Source of the DNA: Phaeosaccion multiseriatum
Taxonomy: Eukaryota; Protista; Ochrophyta, other classes
NCBI GenBank assembly: GCA_965112735.1
Contig: OZ218952.1
Coordinates: 4,960,001-5,024,000, forward strand
Direction of reading: 5' to 3'
Length of the DNA stretch: 64,000 nt
Shown piece by piece: positions 47,093-58,416 of this stretch (position 1 is its first letter; every line of letters begins with the position of its first letter). The notes below the pieces were generated by a model. It did no database searches. It had not been told where the DNA came from and saw nothing but the letters and a program-made list of their open reading frames with translations. Position numbers and translations under genes: made by a program.

Positions 47093-47304
47093 CAATATTT
47101 TAGAAAGCTGTAAGATGATCAAGGGTATGATCGTGGAGTGCCATTTACGGTGTGTGTGTTGCCATCCCTGCACGAGCCTCTGTAACCCCCGGGGAATCCT
47201 CTCGTGTCTTCTATTCTCGTGCTGACTAGGTGCCCTGGGTTCAGCGCTCCTCAGCGGTTGTACGAGGGTAGAAGGGAGCGTGAGGTGGAGGCCTCTAGAG
47301 CAGT

Positions 47305-50179
47305 ATGCACGGACGGGAAAAGGTGATGAGGGGTGCAGCCATAGAGGAGGGTAACGTCAGCTCTTATGCGAACAACAGCGCACTGGACGGAGAGAGCAAG
47401 GATGCGAATGGTGATAACAGAGTCAACGGATTGAAGCCGGATCATGTAATCACTACGGAACCAGCGTACCGCCCCGTGGAGAAGGTCACATGGGAGCCGG
47501 AGACGGTAAGAGAACGTTTCATTCGATGAGAGGAGAGCATCGTGCGTCGTCTTCAGAGTTTTGCTCGGGTCATTGGGGGTGCAGGGGAATAGGAGAAGGA
47601 GGGAAAGTCGCGGGCCTGTCTCTGCCTCAAATCGTCCGGGGCAAGGGGCCTTGAGAGCAGAGCTGGGGCCTTTCGAGCGAGGCGCGGAAGAGGACACGCA
47701 CGACACGCACACGACAAGCATGCCATGGATTTGTGTTCCTGCCTGATGGAGGTGTCGACGAAGTAAACATCTCATCCCCTCCTCCTCCTGCTGTTGCTGC
47801 TGCCTTGCTCGCCGCGGGACTGCCTTCTGGTCAGATCAACGAGGAGCCCGAGTCCAACTACGCCACGAGCTGCGGCTGCCCTCTGGACTGGAAGGCCCGG
47901 GGCTGGAGGGGCATTCCCAAGTGGGTGGCAGACAATCAGGTGGACCTGCTCGCGGGCCTCACCACGGGGCTGACCGCCGTGCCCACGGCCGTGGCCTTCG
48001 CTATCCTGGCTGAGGTGCAGCCGGCCGTGGGGCTGCGGGGCACATGGATCATCATGCTCATCATGGCCACCTTCGGGGGGCGGACCGGCATGATATACAG
48101 CAACTCAGGCAGCATGGGCGTCGTGCTGCAGCCGCTGGTGGAGGACCACGGCGTAGAGTACCTGTTCTACGCCTTCATCCTGGCGGGGCTGATCCAGATC
48201 GGGCTGGGCCTGGGGGGCATCCACAAGGTGCTGCGGCTCATGCCTGTGAGCGTCATGATTGGCTTCGTCAACGGCCTGGCCATTGTGCTCTTCCTGGCAC
48301 AGGTCAAGAACTTCCAGCGGGGCATCACGCTGGGCGGGCCCTCGGGCGCCTCGGGCAACGAGGAACGGAGGCGGCGCCTCAACAGCTTTGACGTGTTCTA
48401 CGCGGGCTCGCCGGACTGGATCACGGGCTCCGAGCTGGGATATATGCTCGTCATCGCCGCCTTCACCATGATTACCATCGTGGGCTACCCCAAGCTCGTG
48501 GAGCGCATGCCACACTCGATGAGGATGTTCCGCTACCTGCCGCCCATCCTTGTGGGCATTATCGTCGCAACGGTGGTGGAGTGGGCCTTTATCCGCGGGG
48601 CCTTTGGGTCGGAAACCCGCACTCTGAAGGACATTGCCAAGATTAGCGGAGAGCTGCCCAACCTCATCTGGCAGGACAACGACTTCAACATGCCGCCTTT
48701 CAACGGCGACACCTTCGGCAAGGTGCTGCCCACGGCCATCAGCCTTATGGCGGTAGGGCTGGTCGAGTCGCTCATGACCGTCCGTTTGGTCAACGAAATT
48801 ACGCAGAGCCACTCCAATGTGTACCGAGAGGCCATTATGGGGGGTGTGGGCAACTTCTTTGCCGGCGTGTTCGGAGGACAGGGGGGCAACTCCGAGATTG
48901 GCCTCACCATGGTGAACCTGGAGTCCGGTGGGCGCAAGCGTGTGGCCGGCGTGGTGGCGGGCCTGCTCGTGCTCATTGTCATCCTCGCGGCCTACTCCCT
49001 CATCAACCTCATTCCGATGGCGGGCTTCGTGGGCATGATGGTGGTCATCGCCTTCAACACTTTCGATTGGTCCTCGACTTACAAGATCCTCTCGGCGTGT
49101 ATGTCCAAGAGCAAGCGCGGCACGCACCTTTCCTCCCGGAGCAAGATCCCCCGGCCTGATGCGCTCATTATCATTGTTGTCACAGTCGTCACGCCCTTCA
49201 CTAACCTCGCCATTGCTGTGGGCTGCGGAATCGGTAAGTCGCGTTTGTGTATGAGTGCCAAGGTAGATTGGAAGGGGGGCCCGCCCTTCTTCGGTGAGTG
49301 GAGGGATAAAGGGCCTAAACGTTTCAAGTTTCCAAGGGCCCCTCGGCTGACGGACCGCACCACCCATCTGCCCACTCTGCCCTCCTCTTGTCCCTCTCTC
49401 TTGGAGCAGCGCTGGCGGTGCTGTGCTACACGTGGAACTCCGGCAACATCATCCACACGCGCTCCTTCTACCGCAGCGGTATCCAGGACTCCGACCCGCC
49501 CGTCATACGTGTGTATGAGATCACGGGCCCGCTCTTCTTCGCCTCCACCGACCTCTTTTTGGATGAGTTTGACCATCGCAATGACCCCGACTTGGTGGAG
49601 CTGCACTTCCACACCGGGGACATCAGCGACTACAGCGCCATGCAGGCCCTCAACACGCTCGGGGAGCGCTACACCAACGTGGGCAAGAAGCTGCGGCTGC
49701 GCAGGATCAAGACGGAGAGCCTCAAAGTCATCGAGTACGTGCCTGACTTTGCCTCGCTCCCCTGCTGCTCCTGCTCGTGCTGCTCTTGCAGCCTCCACCT
49801 TGCCTCGTCGCCCCTCCTTTGTTCTGACAACAACAACAACAACAACAACAAACACCACCCTCCTCTCCTCCCTCTCCACCTCCTCGGTCACGTTCCCTCC
49901 CTTGCCTTAATCAGCAATGCCCGCGACCTTCTCTCCGAGGAGATCATGGTGGAGATGGACGAAATCGCCCTCCCTACTTCACCCGCGGCGCGCCTCAATG
50001 TGGAGCACCAACTTGGACAGTTCAGGAGAGGGTCTTCTCACCTCGACGCCAAGGCCGATCGGGTTGTGCCTTCCCCGCAGGCTGTGCCCTCCCCGCACAT
50101 GCTCCCAATCCATGTGCCCCCCCCACCGCCACCGCCAGCGCCAGCCACCGCCCCAGAATCACCGCAGAATCGGGAGTAG
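47305..50179 (+). CDS. SulP/SLC26-family anion transporter (bacterial type) with STAS domain, 4 exons
   Basis: Exons 47305-47505, 47835-49233, 49410-49734, 49915-50179. Motifs DLLAGLTTGLTAVPTAVAFA, FGGRTGMI, VMIGFVNGLAIV, VGLVESLMT, NLESGGRKRVAG and STAS YEITGPLFFAST..DYSAMQAL. Confidence 0.9.
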
Positions 50180-51411
50180 GGAGTAGGATGGGAGAGGCAT
50201 GAGGAGGAGACAGACAGACAGACACACACAGAGAGAGAGAGAGAGAGAGACAGAGAGAGGCGTCCAGAGGAGACAGAGGGGGGCGTGCAGAGGAGACGGA
50301 GAGGGTCACTGCTTTGTGACGGCGCGGCTCAACACCGTGCACGTCGGATGCGTGGTGCGGTGGGGCGGTTGGGGTGGTGTGGCGCACCGGTAGCAGGGGC
50401 ACCCAGTGGGCCCACCGCACCGCCCCTGCTTGCCTTCGGAGCTGAAACTGAAACTGGCGCTGGGGGGAAGGTGCATGCCGTCGAGGTCTTGTGCGCGCTG
50501 TCTGCCGGTGTGCCGGTCTGCCGGTCTATGTAAAGTATAAGTATGGGCTCAGTGGCCGGCACAAGGGATGCAGAGGTGTTTTAGTGTAGGTTTTGTGCAG
50601 GGGAGGCATGGGCCACCCCCCGGGACAGCGATGAGAGAGACAGGAGAGATGAGAGGACGAAATAGGTCGAGAGGCACGCAGAGGAGGAGGGAGATACTCT
50701 TGGCATCTCTCGCGAGGAGAGGACTCCCTTCAGCAGGGCGCACGGTACAAGGCCGCATGTAGTCCCGCAGAGCCACAGCTCGGGCCAGGCGGGCTCTCTT
50801 TGGCTGCGAACTCGAGGGCTTGTCTTCCTGAGCTTTGCGGGGTGGTGGTGGCGTCTCGGGCAGTGAGGGGAAGACGAAGGCACCAGCCGGTGGGGCCCCC
50901 GGGGTGGTGCTGGCCTGGAGCCCTGGGGCCTGCACCGTCGCGGGAGGGGAAGGGGCTGTGGTAGCCTTCCTGTCTACCGGAGTCTGTCGGGCTCCCTTCA
51001 CGGGCTCCTTCGATTGTCCACAGCGAGTATAGAGTGCGGAAGACACTGGCCAAGGCAATTGACAAGCACTTTTATCACTCTCAGCTCCGTTCCTTCCTCC
51101 GAATTGAAGAGGAGGTCTCCGCACCTACCTAGCCGCGGCGGGGAGGGAAGCGGTGTGGACAGACATTGCCCACCACCTGCCTGAACTCATCGATCGATAT
51201 CTTAATCAAGAGACGCCTATTATAAAAAAAAAAAAAAGGAAAGGAAGGAGGGGGGGGGGGGGGAGTTGGGGTTGTGAGAAGAAAGAAGAAAGTGGAGGAC
51301 ATCGATATTTCTAAAAGTCGATGTATGCCGTGACGACAGCCCCATTTTTCCAAATTGATTTTTTCACCCTATCCTCCTGCCCTCCGCCCCCCTTTTAAAC
51401 CCCGCGCCGCC

Positions 51412-52880
51412 ATGACTGTGCTGTGCAAATTGGCGCTATGTGTTGCGGGCCTCGTCTGCCTGGCCCGGCCAGGAGCTGCCTTCTTGGCTCCCTGTGTGGG
51501 AGCAGTAGGCAGCAGCAAGGCTAGCCCCACTCGCAGCTGTGCCAGTGGCAGCCACAGTAGGAGTGCGCTGCAGATGGCTGTGACGGCGGTGAACTCAGGA
51601 GAGGAGCTCGACGCGGCAATAAAGAGCGCCGGCTCGGCGCTGACTGTCGTCGACTACAGCACCACATGGTGCGGCCCTTGCAAGGTACGCCTCTGGAGGG
51701 GGCGGTCTGGCTGCCAGGTGTCTCACAACGCTGACTGCTTCTGCTACTGCTACTACTTCTGCTTTGTTGCTTCTCCTTCTACTTGCAAGCCTCACACCCT
51801 GTCTTCGTTGACCAACCCCGCTCCGCTCTCCCACTCATGAAATCTCTTCTGCCCCCACGCAGATCATTTACCCCAAGTTCGAGGAGCTGAGCGAGCAATT
51901 CACTGATGCTAGCTTCCTTAAGGTGAGAAGCACGGCACAAGGGTCCACGGCAGGACACTCTGAACTCACACGTCGTCATGTGCGAGCTCGCTTGTAATTG
52001 AAGAGAAACGGAGTCGATTATTGGGAGGAGGGCCTCTCTCTGTGGATGGCTTGGGAGAGAGCTCGCACAGAGGCAGCAGCATTTTGTGTGTGATGTTCTA
52101 TTCATTGTGTAGCAGTGAGTAGTAAAGAAGTATGTAGGCTCTTGCCGATGGCCGTGGCGGGCGAGTGACCTCTGCACCCGACCCAGGCCGGGGCGCCGGA
52201 CCCGTCGGTGGGGGACTTGGCAAAGGAGCGTGTGCAGTTCACGGGCGACTTCCCTGTATGTGTGTGCAGGTGCAGTAAGTGACCTACCTGCCTGCTTCCT
52301 CTGTCCCTCTCCCCGTGTGCGTTGGCAGGTGGTGGGAGACAGCTCAGCGGAGTCCACCAAGCTGATGAAGCGCGAGGGAGTGAGGTCTGTGCCCGCTTTC
52401 CACTTCTGGAAGGACGGAAAGAAGGTCAGTCATTGTGGGTAGACTGATGCACGACGGGCTCGCTTCTTTGTTTTGCATGTACTTTTTGTGTATGTGTATA
52501 TACTGATGATAGCAACATGAGAAGCACATGAAGGAGGCGGCAAGCTACAGCCATCAGCTCCACCGTTACAGAACCCTCAAGAGGAGAGGGAGGGGAGTGG
52601 TAGAGGAAGTGGGGATGAGTGGCTGAGGAAGTACATGTGGGAGGTATGACCACTGGTGATGCAATCAAGCAACGAGAAGGGTATAGCGGCAGAGGTGTGT
52701 CCGTCTTGATAGCCAGGCACTTCATCACTGTCACTCTGGGCCTGAGTCTCATCAGATGCACTCACCCAGCCCCTGACGCGCGTACTTTTACCACCCTCTG
52801 CCTGACTGACTGTGCAGGTGGACTCCGTGAACGGAGCCAACAGCGACGCACTGGAGGAGACGGTGCGATCCAACGTGTAG
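51412..52880 (+). CDS. plastid-targeted thioredoxin (f-type like), 4 exons
   Basis: Exons 51412-51684, 51863-51922, 52329-52424, 52818-52880. Signal peptide plus AAF-LAP bipartite leader, VVDYSTTWCGPCK, VRSVPAFHF. Confidence 0.9.
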
Positions 52881-53187
52881 AGAAGAAACGTCTTTAGTAC
52901 TGGAATTGGAAATTTACGTCAGTATTGTAGATCAAACGAGCAGCGAATGCCCCACTTGGTTCCAGGACAGCACTCCAGCGCTGCTTGTGCACACTCACTC
53001 GAGGCACCGAGAAGCCCGCCGGTGCCTGGAGCTGCGTCGAGTGGCCCATTGTTTGCGTGTGCGGGCCTCTCTTGTCGCCCCTGAGCCCGGGTGACCACGC
53101 CCGAACCATCGTATATACACTCAAGGCTGTCAGAAGGCAAAAAGAGGAAATACCAAGAGTTTTGGTTACTTATTTATTTTTTTCTCC

Positions 53188-53490
53188 GGGGCCCACGAGA
53201 GGCCTGTTACTCCCCCGCCTGATCGGGGGGGGAGAGTGCAGGTCCGGCGCCACGGTTGAGCCGGCCCAGGAAGGCGCGTTCTCGCTCCGAGAGCGAAGCG
53301 AACGAATATTTGGTGGCTGCAGCTGACGAGACGGCGAAGCCTGGTCAGGACGTGACCCTTGGTGGTGGAGGAGCCGGTGCGGCCCGTGCGGGAGACGACG
53401 GGCTTGGCGAGGGCGTGTAGGAGCGATTGCGCCTGTGCGCCGAGTCGTGCGTGGGTCTCGATGGCGAAGGTGGTGAGGCGAACACGCTTA
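53188..53490 (-). mobile_element. 5'-truncated 3' end of a CRE-like (RLE) non-LTR retrotransposon, copy 1
   Basis: Closely matches 61097-61391. Minus strand reads KRVRLTTFAIETHARLGAQAQSLLHALA, like the C-terminal F.A.ET.G..G..A motif of RLE-type elements. Ends next to an A-rich tract (53170-53183). Confidence 0.7.
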
Positions 53491-53501
53491 GAAGGCTATC
53501 G

Positions 53502-53564
53502 TCGACCCCTGACAAGGTTCTGAGGCGACCGAGGCGAGAAGATTTTAGGGTTCGAAGGGGTCGA
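53502..53564. mobile_element. 63-bp miniature member of the same inverted-repeat family as 20897-22094
   Basis: Left end TCGACCCCTGACAAGGTTCTGAGGCGACC matches 20897-20925 at 26/29 positions. Right end AGGGGTCGA is its inverse. A perfect CTATCG repeat flanks both ends (53496-53501, 53565-53570). Confidence 0.6.
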
Positions 53565-53746
53565 CTATCGCTGTCGAGTAGAGGCTCACCTCACCAACAC
53601 GTGGAGAAGTTTCCAATTCCAATTCATTTGTGCCGACTCACATTGTGCACATTTCCTCTTTGAGCCCTCAAAGCCTTGCCCACGCGCTCTCGCTCTCACA
53701 CTTCGATTCTTGTCCATTTTTAGACTCATGGCTGACCTGTAGGGCC

Positions 53747-55491
53747 ATGAATGGAAAGTACAGAGGAAAAGAGATGGTAAAAAGAAGGGAAGAGAGAAAG
53801 GGCCTTGGTCCTCTCTCCGTTCATGTCGTTTGCCTTGCGAGTCTGTGTGTTCACTTGTGGGCTAGGCAGTCCAACGCATTTGTGCTTCATACACCCGGGC
53901 AGCGATCCGCGGCAGCAGGGACGGCGGGATTAGGGAGAGTAGGCTATTCAGCCTCGAATTGCGCGGGATGTTTGTTCACTGTGTCGAGGAGCAGGGTGGG
54001 AGGCCAGCGCAGAAGGAGAAGTGGCGGCGGCGGCTCACTGGCCTCGCTTAAGTGCCTTGCTGAGATACCTGAAGGCACGATGATCGGTGCGTGTCATTAG
54101 GCGTGACAGGTGGATGTTTTTTACTCTCTCGACCACCACCTCATCTCTCATGCTACTGCCTCTTGACGCTACCCCCCCCCCCCCCGCTGCAGGCGTACCT
54201 TCCAGCTTGTTGCAGTTCAAGACCCCCCGGGGGGACTTATCGCTGGGCCTGCCAGAAGCGCCTGACGTGGACGGGCTCGTGGGCCTACTGCTGGACAGCT
54301 TTCCCTTCGAGATGATCGCCAACGACACCGACTTCTCCAAGCTGGTGAGGGAGGGTCGGAGGTTTTGACTAACATGGGCTGAGGGGACAGAGGCAAACCC
54401 TTGCTTTATGGGCGGATGGGGGTATGAGAGACCGAGAGAGAGAGAGAGAAACAAAGTCCTGCTTACTGCCCACAACATCTTGGTATCAAACACAGCACCG
54501 CTTACTCTCTGTGCCCCCGCTACCTCGTCCCCATCACAGGAGATGAGCCTCCTCTCAGGGCCGCTCGGACTCGCAAATAGCTATTTGCGCGCCTTCAGCT
54601 CGGTGGAAGTGCGTGCAGGCATCAAGAACCGCATGGGCAAGCGCTTGCTCAAGCCAGACGTAGAGATGGCAGCCGATTCCGTTATTTTTGCGCTTGCAGA
54701 GCCACCAACAGCAGGGGAGAGAAGTGGGAAAAGACAGCAGCAGAGGGTGGTGGGGATGGTGGAGCTGCAGCTGAGAATGGCGGACGGCTCCTACCCTGCC
54801 AACTTCTACATTCGCAGCCCCTTCGAGGGCAACCAGGTAGGATAGAGCAAGCAGCGTATATGTACGGGGTGGGGGGGTGTGGGAAGGTGGTGGGAATGGC
54901 TCGCGGTGGTATTATGACCTTTGTCTCACCCTTTACACCCTCACACACACTCACGTACCCTCGCACCCCCCCCCTCTGCCTCTCTGACCCTTCTCCTCCC
55001 CTCCCCCCCCCCCTTAGCCTCCAAGCAAGGCCCAACCCTACCTCAGCAACCTCGCCATCGCGGCGGACTGGCAAGGGCTGGGCCTGGGCCGGCAGTTAGT
55101 GAGACTCAGCGAGCACTACGTCAAGAACACGTGGGGCTACAACAACATGTTCCTGCACGTCGACCTCGGAAACGAAACGGCCAACGGGTTGTACACGTCG
55201 ATGGGTTACAGGGGCATGGAGAGCTTCGACATTCCCGAGGGGGTGCGTAACGTGCTGGGCATGCCGCATGTGCGGTATTGCACCAAGAAGTTAGTGGGAG
55301 GCGTCACGGAGAGGTGGAGCAGCGATAGCGACAGTATCAGCGGCAGCAGCAGTAGCAGTAGTGGCAGTAGCAGCAGCGGAGATGGGGGAGGGGCGGCAGC
55401 AGCAGTGGCAGGAGCGGCAGCCGAGGAGGAGCAAGCTGTGGTGGAGAGTGCAACAAACCCTCAAGCAGATACCACACGGAATGACAAGTGA
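53747..55491 (+). CDS. GNAT-family N-acetyltransferase, probably plastid-targeted, 4 exons
   Basis: Exons 53747(or 53774)-54086, 54193-54344, 54540-54836, 55018-55491. Motifs VVGMVEL, PYLSNLAIAADWQGLGLGRQLV (acetyl-CoA motif A) and LHVDLGNETANGLYTSMGY (motif B). Hydrophobic leader ending SNAF-VL. Confidence 0.85.
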
Positions 55492-55534
55492 AGAACTTTA
55501 GCAGATACCACACGGAATGACAAGTGAAGAACTT
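55464..55534. repeat. 36-bp tandem duplication spanning the GNAT stop codon
   Basis: agcagataccacacggaatgacaagtgaagaactt at 55464-55498 and 55500-55534. Confidence 0.9.
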
Positions 55535-56073
55535 GCCATTCTTTGTGCTTGGTGTCCCCACTCCAAGGCGAGAAGCAAAGGCTCCAAAGGGACTCCTCCC
55601 TCTATATAAATAAAACAAGAGTTTTCGATGTTACTTAGGCGTGCTTCTTACTAGCATAAGGCTATGTCTAGACGGCATGGTCCAACGCCCAAGTGTGAGC
55701 TATCGAGTCATCCTCCCACTACCTGTGCCGACAGACAACACAACACCACCATCTCTGGCAGCAGTCGTCGGCCACGGGTTTGGCAGCAAGCAGTCTGACT
55801 ACGACCGGCTCCTCGGCTCCTCGTTGCATCACGCTATGGCTCCTTGTTGCATCACGCTATACCACAGGCCCAGGCCCAGGCACGCTCTCTGTTCGGCTTT
55901 GCACAAGTGGGCAGCGCGTGTCGGTAAGGACCGTGCTCAACAGCTCAGCCAAGCTGCTCGCTCAATCAAAAGCTTCCTTTTGCCCTTATTCACTACGCAG
56001 CCTCAAGCGAAAAGGCCCAGTCTCAAGCAAAAGCAAGGGCCCTGTCTCAAGCAAAAGCAAGCCCCCCACCCCC

Positions 56074-57842
56074 CTACTTGGACGACTTTGCAGCCTCTTT
56101 GAGCTGCTCGGAGCGTGTGGCCGCGGCCGTGACTGCGGACATCGCTGCCGCCCTGAAGCCGTTCTGCTCCAGGGCCTCCACACCCGCGATGGTGGTGCCG
56201 CCCGGACTACAAACCTGAGTGTTGCAGGAGGGAGGAAGGGGGGTGTAGGGCAGGGAGGGAGGGAGGGAGGGAGGGAAGGGATGGGAGGGAGCGAGGGAAG
56301 GAAGGATGGACGAAGGGAAGGAGGGAGGCAACAAGGCAAATATCGTGTTTAGGCGTGTCCATGTTGGGCACTTCCGCCGGTCACCGCTCTCTGTCTTCTG
56401 ATCGCCGCATACGCTTACGTAGCTGAGAGGCCCCAAGGGCGAGGAGGCACACGCTCTATCTCTCTCCTACATACACACACACACACACACACACACACGC
56501 ACTCACACACGCACGAACAGACTCTCTCGATTCCACACCAACACAGCTTCACACGTCTCCACTCTGTACACCACACGCATACGCAAACGCACACGCACAC
56601 GCACACCCACCTGGTCCTTAAGCTCTCCAGGGTGCTTCTCCGTCTCCAGCACCATGGTGGCGGCTCCTCGCACCGTCTGCGCAGCAAGCTTCAGGGCAAT
56701 GGGTCGGGGGAGGCCCATGCGAACAGCCCCGTCGGCAAGGGCTTCGATGAAGAGGAACACGTAGGCGGGGCCGCTGCCGCTCAGACCAGTCACGGCTGAG
56801 GGGAGACAGCGACAGAAAAGAAAGAACAAGCACAGACAGAAGGGATCGGGTTGGGGGTTGGCAGACTGCTCTCAGGGCACCGCTGACCGCCTGAAAAGGA
56901 TCTCGCCCTTTTTTTTACACCTCCTTACGCCCTCCTCTTGCTCTTCCTTCCCTCCTCTGCCTTGCTTGCCTCCGTCCCCTCCCCGCCTCTCATTACGACA
57001 TCACCTACCCACGCACCATCAAGCTGCTTCTCCTTCACCTCGAACCCCACCCCCACTGAACCCAACAAGCTCTGCACCAGCGCCTTGTCCTCAGTTGTCG
57101 CCTTGCCGCCCGCCGCAAACGCTGCCGCTGATTCAGACACAAGGCACGGCGTGTTGGGCATGACTCGAATGACCTTGGCGTCTGGGCCAAGCTCCGATTC
57201 AATGGCCTCGATCGGGACCCCGGCCGCGATGCTAATGATCAGGTGATCTGCGGTCAGGGAAGATTTGATCTCCCTGAGCACTGTCGTGACGATGTCAGGC
57301 TTGACTGCCAACACGACCACCTTTTCGAGTGGGGGGGGGGGTACCGCGGAACGGGGGTGGCATGCTGAGAACTAAACAGACATGAGTATCCCCCATCCAT
57401 TCCATCAACCGCACAAGGCTAATGCTTGCGAAATCACCATCTCTCTCTGTGTCTGTGTCTGACCTGAGAGTTGTTTACGACATCCGTGTTGCTCGTGGAC
57501 GTCTGTACCCCATTCGCCTTGAGCTTGTCCAGGCTTGGAGAGTAGAGGTCGCTTGCAATCACGTTGCTCGCTGGGGTGAGCTATCGGGGGCAGATGTACG
57601 AACGGAAGGAGGGTCGGTGGGGTGGTCAAGCCATGGTCCAGCCATTGTTGTGAACCGCGTTACCGTAAAATAAAGTGGTGCAGTCCTCAAGATAATTCTC
57701 TGCCTCGGCTGCCCTGGCATGAGTTGACCCTAAAGACACGTGTCTGTCTCACCTTGGCCGCGATCACCCCGTTGATCATAGCGCTGGCCATCATGCCTGC
57801 ACCAATGAAGCCCAGCTTCAGCCCTCCGTCTGCTGTGGCCAT
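56074..57842 (-). CDS. proC: pyrroline-5-carboxylate reductase, at least 5 exons
   Basis: Exons 57842-57753, 57580-57464, 57320-57017, 56795-56611, 56214-56074. Motifs [59 protein letters not shown]. Confidence 0.95.
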
Positions 57843-58025
57843 TGTTAAAATGGGAGCGGGAAGAGCGGCTGTACTCCTGCTGTCAATCCTGCTATTCCAC
57901 CTACTACTGCTGCAATAGGCACTACGCCTTCCTTGCACCAGACTCGAGCGGGAAGCAAGCTGGAGAAGGAGGGAGCTTCTTTGGAGGATCGCCAGCTTCT
58001 CTGTCTCTCAAAGGTGGGGAGGGGA

Positions 58026-58057
<32 letters not shown>

Positions 58058-58416
58058 CTGAGAGGGGAGGGGCGGGCGGCTTGTAGGAGGTTGTGGATGA
58101 GCAGCTCGTGGTCATATGCGTGTTGGTGCTCCGAGGCACAGATGACAACTTCACTTTCTGATGTAATTCTACGCTCTCTTTCCTCCCCCTTACCTTCCCC
58201 ACCTCGCAGCCTCTCCACGCGCATCGCACCGGCAACACGTGTTGGAGCATCACTTTCACTGGCGCTCCCTCTTCGCTGCCCTTATGGTCTGATCATCTCC
58301 CACAATCAACCCGTATCTTTTGAGGCCTGCAACCAGCAGTCAGAAGAATTTGGGCCTGCATCCGGCGAATTACACCACCCATCCCTCCCATCATGTTTTA
58401 CTCGTGATCCCCCAAC

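Noticed and set aside
44677-47225. 445-aa and 404-aa plus-strand ORFs
   Set aside because: They are antisense shadows of the GC-rich minus-strand gene, start at non-ATG codons and show no domain.
50329-51124. Minus-strand Pro-rich ORFs between SulP and thioredoxin
   Set aside because: No clear ATG or splice model and no recognisable motif. A small gene cannot be excluded without RNA data.
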